Program-made: the position numbers and the translations under genes
The notes under the pieces: model-generated
Told to the model about the DNA's origin: nothing
The model's input: the letters and a program-made list of their open reading frames with translations, nothing else
The model's database searches: none
Part shown: in pieces, positions 46,087-52,176 of the stretch
How positions within the stretch are numbered: position 1 is the first letter of the stretch
Layout: every line of letters starts with the position of its first letter
Source: Thermomicrobia bacterium
Lineage (GTDB): Bacteria; Chloroflexota; Chloroflexia; Thermomicrobiales; UBA6265
NCBI GenBank assembly: GCA_044464585.1
Contig: JBIQLF010000011.1
Coordinates: forward strand, 1 to 52,176
Direction of reading: 5' to 3'
Length of the DNA stretch: 52,176 nt

Positions 46087-47112
46087 ATGACCGACGAGAT
46101 GTTGCCAGTTGGAAAACTCCCGTTCGAGCTCCTCGGATCGCTGCTCGGTTCGCTTTCGACCAGTGACGAATCGGTCGTCGTCGGTCCCGGTCTGGGCAGA
46201 GACGCCGCGATTCTCGATATCGGCGGCACGCTCCTGGTCGTCAAGAGCGACCCGGTCACCTTCGTCAGCAAAGAAGCTGGAACCTATCTGGTCAATGTCA
46301 ATGCCAACGACCTGAGCTGTCTTGGGGCGAATCCACGATGGATGCTCGTTACCGCCCTGCTCCCGGAACATGGGACCACGACCGCAACGGTGACCGCATT
46401 GTTCGATCAGCTCCGCGACACCTGTGAATCCCTTGGCATTGCGTTGGTGGGTGGACATACGGAGATAACCGCTGGCGTTCCGCGTCCCTTGCTGGTCGGA
46501 ACCCTGATCGGCACAGCCTCGGCACACGGATTGCTGCATCCCGGCGGCGCTCATCAGGGCGATCGGCTGTTGCTCGCGCGTCCTGCCGGGATCGAGGGAA
46601 CCGCCCTGCTCGCATTGGAACGGGAAACAGAGCTCACTACCCAGTTCGGAGCGGAGTTCGTGCAGAGCGCGCAACGACTGTTGCACGATCCCGGTATCTC
46701 GGTCGTTTCGATCGCGCAGCGGCTGCTTGCGACCGGCGCGGTCACCGCGCTGCACGATCCCACCGAGGGCGGTGTCGCCACCGGTGTTCGAGAAATCGGC
46801 GCCGCCTCCGGTCTCGGCGCCGTCATGAATCGCGAGCTCGTTCCCTTGCTCGATACCACGCGGACGATCTCCGACCATTACGATCTCGATCCGCTGGGGA
46901 TGCTCTCGTCCGGAACATTGCTGGCCGCGATTTCAGCGGACCGGGTGGGCGACGTCCTGCAGTCCGTGGCCGGGGCCGATTTCGAAGTCTCGATCATCGG
47001 GAAATTGACGGCGCCGGCAGCAGGCTACCGGCTGATCGAGCACAACCGCACCATCGAGCTCCCGGTATTCCAAACGGACGAAGTCACACGGGCTTTAGCA
47101 ATCTCGCAATAG
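46087..47112 (+). CDS. AIR synthase-related (PurM/HypE/ThiL superfamily) protein
   Basis: GRDAAILDIGG..LVVKSDPVTF and NVNANDLSCLGANPRWMLVTALLPE. Specific function not assignable. Confidence 0.7.
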   Translation: MTDEMLPVGKLPFELLGSLLGSLSTSDESVVVGPGLGRDAAILDIGGTLLVVKSDPVTFVSKEAGTYLVNVNANDLSCLGANPRWMLVTALLPEHGTTTATVTALFDQLRDTCESLGIALVGGHTEITAGVPRPLLVGTLIGTASAHGLLHPGGAHQGDRLLLARPAGIEGTALLALERETELTTQFGAEFVQSAQRLLHDPGISVVSIAQRLLATGAVTALHDPTEGGVATGVREIGAASGLGAVMNRELVPLLDTTRTISDHYDLDPLGMLSSGTLLAAISADRVGDVLQSVAGADFEVSIIGKLTAPAAGYRLIEHNRTIELPVFQTDEVTRALAISQ

Positions 47113-47128
47113 AAAGGTTCGCCGCTCC

Positions 47129-48070
47129 ATGACGCATGGGATCATCGTTGCCTCTTCGAATGGCTCGGTCGGGATGGAAGCAGCCATCGACGTCCTTCGG
47201 AGCGGCGGTTCGGCGCTCGATGCCGTCGTGGTTGCCCTCTCACTCGTCGAAGCCAATCCGGACGACCATAGCGTCGGTTATTCCGGATTGCCCAATATGC
47301 TGGGGCAAGTCGAGCTCGATGCCAGTCTCATGGAGGGCCGAGGGTTGCGCGCGGGATCGGTGGCGGCGCTCCACGACTACCAGGACGCCGCCCGGCTCGC
47401 CCGCTCGGTGATGGACGATCTTCCCCATGTGCTCATCGTTGGCGAGGGGGCGCGGCGCCTCGCGGCCGAAACCGGACTCGAACCGAAAGATCTGCTGACC
47501 CCGGAAGCGCTGGAGATCTGGCGGTCCCGCTCGGTGGATATTGCCCGAGAGGGATCGGCGGCCGCGGACTACTACGAGCGAATGCGGGACCTGGTCAAGG
47601 ACATAAGCTCCGATCCGCAGTTGGTAGACGCACACGGCACCGTCAATTTTCTCTGCCGCGATCGCAATGGCGAGTTCGCATCCGGAGTCAGCACATCTGG
47701 CTGGGCATGGAAATATCCCGGGCGCGTGGGCGATTCGCCGATCATCGGCGCAGGCAACTATTGCGACAACCGATGGGGCGCTGCCGCCTGCACGGGCCGC
47801 GGCGAAATGGCGCAACGGTGTTGCACCGCCCACAGCGTCGTCACCTTCATGCGCTTCGGCATGCCGCTCGACCGGGCGTTAGCACAAGCCATGCTCGATC
47901 TGAAACAGCTGGACGACCCATTCGCCAGCGAAATGAATATCGTCGGACTCGACAAGGACGGCAATCCCGGCGCCGTTTCGACATCCGAGGAAAAAACGTA
48001 CGTGGTCATGGACGAGTCGATGTCGACCTGGGATGAGCGCGAACGCACGATCGTCGATATCTTCGCCTGA
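47129..48070 (+). CDS. Ntn-hydrolase asparaginase family protein (glycosylasparaginase / isoaspartyl peptidase type)
   Basis: Autoprocessing site HGTVNF (Thr nucleophile) and GDSPIIGAGNYCD. Confidence 0.8.
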   Translation: MTHGIIVASSNGSVGMEAAIDVLRSGGSALDAVVVALSLVEANPDDHSVGYSGLPNMLGQVELDASLMEGRGLRAGSVAALHDYQDAARLARSVMDDLPHVLIVGEGARRLAAETGLEPKDLLTPEALEIWRSRSVDIAREGSAAADYYERMRDLVKDISSDPQLVDAHGTVNFLCRDRNGEFASGVSTSGWAWKYPGRVGDSPIIGAGNYCDNRWGAAACTGRGEMAQRCCTAHSVVTFMRFGMPLDRALAQAMLDLKQLDDPFASEMNIVGLDKDGNPGAVSTSEEKTYVVMDESMSTWDERERTIVDIFA

Positions 48071-48081
48071 TCGTTGCATCC

Positions 48082-49272
48082 ATGGGCCGGCATATCGATG
48101 AAGACGAACGACGTGCGAGGCTTGGTCGCCGGCATCGCCTCGCACGGGAATCCTCAGCGGCTTCGCCTATCGAGGTTGCCCGATCGCTGACGGCCATTCA
48201 TGGGACCGATCCCGCCTCGACCGTGCTCGGCATCATCGCTCGCTGTCCGGCAGCCGGAATCGAAGAGATCGAACACGCGCTTTACGACGAACGATCCATC
48301 GTGCGCGTTCTCGGTTTGCGGCGGACGCTCTTCGCTGTCGATTGGGAACTGGCTCCGTCTATTTGGCTCTCGTCGTCGTCCACCGTAGTGCGGGAACAAT
48401 ACCGGCTCCTCGGGAGGTTGTTGGATGCGAGCCATATTCCCGAACCGGAAATTTGGCTCGCGGAGGCCGAGCGTCGCTTGCTCGCATATCTCGCCGATCG
48501 ACCAGGAAGCACCAGCGCCGAAATCGGCGCCGCCGATCCGTATCTCGGCTATCGACTGGCACTCGATACCATCGGTGGTGGCGGAGCCGAGCAATCCATC
48601 ACCAGCCGGCTCCTTACCCTCATGTCCGCGGACGGCCGGGTGATCCGGGCCAAACCGCGCGGACGCTGGAATTCGGCGCTTTTCACCTGGTTTCCCACGG
48701 ATCGATGGCGAACCGATTGGCCCCATCCCCGAGATGCCCAGACAGCCGATGCGGACATTGCCCGGTCCTGGCTGGCGGGGCATGGTCCGGCCACCATCGA
48801 GGATTTCGCCTGGTGGACCGGATGGCCCAAGGGACGAGCGCGCAAAGCGATCGATCAGGTCAGTAGCCGTGAGGTCACGGTCGATACGGGAACCGCGTTC
48901 GTTCTCGATTCGGATTTGGAGCCCGTGCCGGCACCCGATCCCTGGATTGCACTTCTTCCCGGACTCGACTCCACCACAATGGGCTGGAAACAACGAGATT
49001 TCTATCTCGGTCCCCATGCCGGGCGTCTCTTCGACAGTGTGGGCAATGCCGGTCCAACCGTCTGGGCCGATGGCCGGATCATCGGCGGTTGGGTTCAGCT
49101 CGACAATGGTGCGATCGTCTATGAGCTCTACGAGGATATCGGTCGGGAACGGACGGTCGAACTGGACGAACGCGCCGCGGCACTCAGGAGCCTGCTGGGC
49201 GATGTGCGCCTGAAACCGCGCGCTCGCCGCTGGACCGAAGCCGAACGTTCGTTGCGAGAGCGTCACGCATAG
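48082..49272 (+). CDS. winged-helix DNA-binding protein of the AlkZ/YcaQ (DUF1006, HTH_42) family
   Basis: ~396 aa with a family-like N-terminus (RRARLGRRHRLA ... VARSLTAIHGTDPAS) and C-terminal W-rich region (FAWWTGW). Assignment is by overall resemblance. Confidence 0.6.
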   Translation: MGRHIDEDERRARLGRRHRLARESSAASPIEVARSLTAIHGTDPASTVLGIIARCPAAGIEEIEHALYDERSIVRVLGLRRTLFAVDWELAPSIWLSSSSTVVREQYRLLGRLLDASHIPEPEIWLAEAERRLLAYLADRPGSTSAEIGAADPYLGYRLALDTIGGGGAEQSITSRLLTLMSADGRVIRAKPRGRWNSALFTWFPTDRWRTDWPHPRDAQTADADIARSWLAGHGPATIEDFAWWTGWPKGRARKAIDQVSSREVTVDTGTAFVLDSDLEPVPAPDPWIALLPGLDSTTMGWKQRDFYLGPHAGRLFDSVGNAGPTVWADGRIIGGWVQLDNGAIVYELYEDIGRERTVELDERAAALRSLLGDVRLKPRARRWTEAERSLRERHA

Positions 49273-49275
49273 AAG

Positions 49276-49307
49276 CGAAAGCGTGGGTCCTGGGACCCAC
49301 GCTTTCG
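49276..49307. terminator. bidirectional hairpin terminator between the AlkZ/YcaQ-like gene and rho
   Basis: CGAAAGCGTGGGTCC (49276-49290) / GGACCCACGCTTTCG (49293-49307), flanked by ACTTTGCT on the plus strand and CTTCTATG on the minus strand. Confidence 0.7.
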
Positions 49308-49332
49308 ACTTTGCTCGGGGTTCTCCCGTCGC

Positions 49333-50841
49333 TCAAAGGTCCTTGTTGAGGGTCGCGAGGAATTCCTCGTTGCTCTGCGTTTTTGCAAGACGTCCGAGCA
49401 CCAACTCGGTCCCCTCGGTTCCACCGAGCATGGCCACCATCCGGCGCATCGTCCAGACCTGGCGCAGCTTGGAATCCTCGAGCAGCAGCTCCTCACGGCG
49501 CGTGCCCGACCGCTGGATATCGATTGCCGGATAGATGCGGCGCTCGGCCAGTTTGCGGTCGAGATGGAGCTCCATGTTGCCGGTACCCTTGAATTCCTCG
49601 TAGATCACATCGTCCATGCGGCTGCCGGTGTCGATGAGACAGGTCGCCACGATGGTCAAGCTGCCGCCGCCTTCGATATTGCGCGCGGCTCCGAAGAATC
49701 GCTTCGGCGGATAGAGTGCCACCGGATCGATACCGCCGGAGAGGGTGCGGCCACTCGGGGGAACAGCCAGGTTATAGGCGCGTGCCAGCCGAGTGATGGA
49801 GTCGAGCAGGATCACCACATCACGGCCGCCTTCGACGAGCCGTTTGGCCCGTTCGAGCGCCATCTCGGCGACCTTGGTGTGATCTTCCACCGGTTCGTCG
49901 AAGGTCGAAGAAATGACCTCACCGTCGACCGAACGGCGCATGTCGGTCACCTCTTCGGGGCGCTCGCCGATCAGGCAGACCATTAGGTGGACATCGGGAT
50001 TGTTCGTCGAAACGCCATTCGCGATCGACTTCAGCAGCAATGTCTTGCCGGCTTTCGGGGGCGAGACGATCAAACCGCGTTGCCCGCGGCCGATCGGCGC
50101 CACCAGATTGATCACGCGGGTCGAGAGAATATTCGGCTGGGTTTCCAGATCGATTAGCTCGAGCGGGAAGATCGGGGTGAGGGTGTCGAAGGAGGGGCGT
50201 TTGCGAGCGGTTTCGGGATCGATCCCGTTGACTGCTTCGACCCGAAGGAGACTGAAGAACTTCTCGTTGTCTTTTGGGGGGCGCACCTGTCCGGAAACCC
50301 GGTCGCCCGTTCGCAATCCGAATCGACGGATCTGCGATTGCGAGACATAGATGTCATCCGGGCCTGGCAGCAGTCTGGCTCCACGCAGGAATCCGAATCC
50401 GTCTTCGATGATTTCGAGAATACCGTCCCCGAAAACGGTCCCCTCGCGTTCGGTCCGGGCTTGCAGCAACCGAATGATCAGATCCGGCCGCTTGATGCGG
50501 GTGTATCCCTGAATTTCATATTCCCGGGCAAGCGCGTGCAGCTGCTCCTCGGGCATCGTCTCCAGCTCGGAAACGATCAGGGGCGGTCCAACTTCCGGGC
50601 GGGGCTCCAGAGGTTCCTCGGCAGCGTCCCGGCTTCTGCCGTCCCGCGAGCCTTCGCCCCGGGTGCGACGCCCACCCCGGCCACCGCGACCTTCACGGCT
50701 GCGCCCACGACCGTTACGGGAGGTTCCCTCTGCAACAGTCTCTTCGGCGGCGCCATCGGTTCCCGTGCCGTTTTCGACGACAGCTTCGACCGCGGCCGGT
50801 CCGTCCTGCGTCGCGACTGGGGCATCCATTTCCAAATCCAT
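49333..50841 (-). CDS. rho: transcription termination factor Rho with Arg/Gly-rich N-terminal extension
   Basis: Walker [20 protein letters not shown] and [24 protein letters not shown]. The first ~100 aa are disordered ([29 protein letters not shown]). Confidence 0.95.
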   Translation of the reverse strand: MDLEMDAPVATQDGPAAVEAVVENGTGTDGAAEETVAEGTSRNGRGRSREGRGGRGGRRTRGEGSRDGRSRDAAEEPLEPRPEVGPPLIVSELETMPEEQLHALAREYEIQGYTRIKRPDLIIRLLQARTEREGTVFGDGILEIIEDGFGFLRGARLLPGPDDIYVSQSQIRRFGLRTGDRVSGQVRPPKDNEKFFSLLRVEAVNGIDPETARKRPSFDTLTPIFPLELIDLETQPNILSTRVINLVAPIGRGQRGLIVSPPKAGKTLLLKSIANGVSTNNPDVHLMVCLIGERPEEVTDMRRSVDGEVISSTFDEPVEDHTKVAEMALERAKRLVEGGRDVVILLDSITRLARAYNLAVPPSGRTLSGGIDPVALYPPKRFFGAARNIEGGGSLTIVATCLIDTGSRMDDVIYEEFKGTGNMELHLDRKLAERRIYPAIDIQRSGTRREELLLEDSKLRQVWTMRRMVAMLGGTEGTELVLGRLAKTQSNEEFLATLNKDL

Positions 50842-51151
50842 GCGTATTACTCCGTAGTCGGATGTTCGGGCGCCCTCCGCAGGGCAACCCTGCCTCGACC
50901 GGCTTTCTTCAGCCAGCGGGCAAAACGATCAAAAAGAGGCACACCCCACATGCGAGGGGCGCGTGTTCAGAGCACTCGGACACCAGGAGATCGTGTGCGG
51001 CATTGCGTTCAGTGGGGTGCTCTTCGAGTCATCTCTAAGCGCGCACCGCGGTTTTCTCGTTGCGCGACAGAACAATTACCGCCGATGCGGTTTCGACTCC
51101 GTTCAGGAACCCGCGCACAGGCAGAGGTATTGGTGCCTGCTGGGTGTTCGA

Positions 51152-51180
51152 ATCGTACCACGGGCCGCTGGTAACGTCAA
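51152..51180 (-). promoter_or_regulatory. candidate rho promoter (about 300-nt leader)
   Basis: Minus strand reads TTGACG (51180-51175), a 17-nt spacer, then TACGAT (51157-51152). Confidence 0.45.
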
Positions 51181-51218
51181 ATGGTGTAGTGGATCACCGC
51201 AGAATGGGCGGTTGAAAT

Positions 51219-51348
51219 GAAGTCCGGATGATGACACAGGAGCAGTAGCCCAGCCGTTCAAGGCGGGGAACGTCTCGGAACACCTACCCCATCCCGAGGG
51301 GTTCGAGCGGATTCCGTATGACTTCGTTCAGCCGAGCAATAGGCCGCG
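51219..51348 (+). repeat. copy (c) of the junction-repeat family and left arm of the inverted pair
   Basis: Aligns with 20275-20143. The core AGCGGATTCCGTATGA (51306-51321) is identical to the reverse complement of 52009-52024. A stop-interrupted frame ends ...SRGVRADSV*. Confidence 0.65.
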
Positions 51349-51496
51349 AGCGGGTTCCGCTTTTCCAGTGCCTGCGGTGGTCCGTGTCGGATGCCCTGAC
51401 CTTCCCAGGCCCGCAAGGCGGGCCATCTCCTATGGCCAACAGCAGATCGCGATCTCGAAATCGGCAGCCTCTGAATGGCGAAAGGGCGACCGGGAT

Positions 51497-51724
51497 ATGA
51501 ACGCCATGTTCGAGAGAGCCGGGGTCAAACCGCCGAAGTTCGACGGCCGCATGCCATCTCATACCGGCCTCAGGCAACTCGCCATCATCCGAGAAAAGGA
51601 TGGTGAATTCGATGCTGCCATCCAACTCTGTAGGCAGGCCAAGAAGGATGGCTGGTCGGGTGACTGGGACAAACGCATCGAGCGATTGGAAGCGAAGTTG
51701 AATTTCGGCTATGAATCGTCTTGA
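51497..51724 (+). CDS. hypothetical small protein (75 aa; possibly longer from 51368), TPR-like C-terminal fragment
   Basis: MNAMFERAG...GLRQLAIIREKDGEFDAAIQLCRQAKKDGWSGDWDKRIERLEAKL. GC3 is about 68 % versus 55 % for the antisense ORF. The ATG overlaps the stop of ORF 51318-51500 (ATGA). Confidence 0.35.
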   Translation: MNAMFERAGVKPPKFDGRMPSHTGLRQLAIIREKDGEFDAAIQLCRQAKKDGWSGDWDKRIERLEAKLNFGYESS

Positions 51725-51757
51725 TCGCACCGCGTGGCGGAATGTCCGGCTGATCGA

Positions 51758-52012
51758 TCAGCTCGACGATAGCCGGGCGTTCCGCTTCGGAAGCTCGTCC
51801 AGCGCCTCCGCCGCTTCCATCGCGTGGTACTGCCTCGAGCCCGGCTGCCCAAGGAAGGGATAGGCGTCCACGGCGGCGACGTGCCTTTCGGCGTCGCGAA
51901 CAGTTCCGCGGTCAACGCCGAGGAAGTCAGCAACGTTGTCTTTACCGTCCGGTTTGGACGGGCGACCCATCGGCGACGTTTCGGAGAAAACTCCCGAAAA
52001 GTCCCTGCTCAT
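51758..52012 (-). CDS. hypothetical small protein, possible HTH (84 aa)
   Basis: MSRDFSG...GRPSKPDGKDNVADFLGVDRGTVRDAERH. Start placed at ATG 52012, which overlaps (ATGA) the stop of the ORF entering from the window edge. Confidence 0.4.
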   Translation of the reverse strand: MSRDFSGVFSETSPMGRPSKPDGKDNVADFLGVDRGTVRDAERHVAAVDAYPFLGQPGSRQYHAMEAAEALDELPKRNARLSSS

Positions 52013-52039
52013 ACGGAATCCGCTTGGACACTCCGGGAT
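52009..52039 (-). repeat. copy (d) of the junction-repeat family and right arm of the inverted pair
   Basis: The minus strand ATCCCGGAGTGTCCAAGCGGATTCCGTATGA matches 51291-51321 at 26/31, with a perfect 16-nt core. Confidence 0.65.
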
Positions 52040-52176
52040 ATCCACCATGGTTCCGGCCCGGTCCCACCGTTGAAACGCTGGGCGAATACCCCTGAGGAAT
52101 CACCCGGATTCCGTATCAGCGCCTCCGCAGCTACTTCGGCCTGCTCGGCCCGCTTCCGGCTCCGCTCTGTGTCCGC
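52009..52176 (-). CDS. 3' end (55 codons) of an unidentified gene continuing beyond the window
   Basis: Open frame from the window edge: ADTERSRKRAEQAEVAAEALIRNPGDSSGVFAQRFNGGTGPEPWWISRSVQADSV*. GC3 is about 65 %, and the stop lies inside the repeat core. Confidence 0.4.
   Translation of the reverse strand, partial: ADTERSRKRAEQAEVAAEALIRNPGDSSGVFAQRFNGGTGPEPWWISRSVQADSV

Noticed and set aside
51141-51162. tRNA T-loop-like string GGGTGTTCGAATCGTACC, considered as a tRNA or an att-site remnant.
   Set aside because: The flanks cannot form a T-stem or an acceptor stem on either strand. The sequence is better explained as the -10 region (TACGAT) of the rho promoter.
51284-51730. 148-aa minus-strand ORF opposite the 51497-51724 ORF.
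   Set aside because: Its third codon positions have lower GC (about 55 %) than the plus-strand frame (about 68 %). The plus-strand product has a protein-like TPR-type C-terminus. Neither call is strong.
51306-52024. MITE or IS interpretation of the 16-nt terminal inverted repeats.
   Set aside because: There is no target-site duplication (flanks GGTTCG versus TGGACA) and no transposase. Homology of the left arm with the 20.2 kb copy extends about 90 nt outside the supposed element end. I kept it as an invertible-segment or duplication hypothesis instead.

Overview
This is a 52.2 kb, high-GC (roughly 60-65 % by eye) bacterial chromosomal segment. It is densely packed with about 52 protein-coding genes, almost all housekeeping. 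They cover an orphan NuoE/NuoF diaphorase pair, LepB and TatA; cell-wall genes (FemAB-family transferase, MurE, MurJ, PgeF, Alr); translation (AspS, LepA, S20, Pth, EF-P, Tgt); DNA and transcription functions (HolA, RuvC, UvrB, XseAB, an AlkZ/YcaQ-like protein, RpoD, Rho); lipid metabolism (FabF, AccB, AcpS, Hbd); and a B12-mutase small subunit with MeaB. Many neighbouring genes share ATGA or TGATG stop/start overlaps. Promoters that can be read by eye use TATACT-type -10 boxes. Gene content is compatible with a Chloroflexota/Thermomicrobia-like or other high-GC lineage, but that assignment is only inference. I found no rRNA, tRNA, CRISPR array, transposase or integrase. The most unusual signal is not a known feature type. 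It is a family of related sequence copies in four otherwise unexplained spacers (62-85, 20143-20275, 32701-32758, 51219-52039). They derive from the 3' end of one gene plus its overlapping stop/start junction with the next gene. At the right edge two copies sit in inverted orientation around a 0.7 kb segment holding two tail-to-tail small-ORF sets, an architecture resembling an invertible (phase-variable) DNA segment. A second notable signal is a canonical intrinsic terminator inside the leader of the primary sigma factor gene. Start codons are often uncertain, because the ORF track frequently over-extends N-termini.
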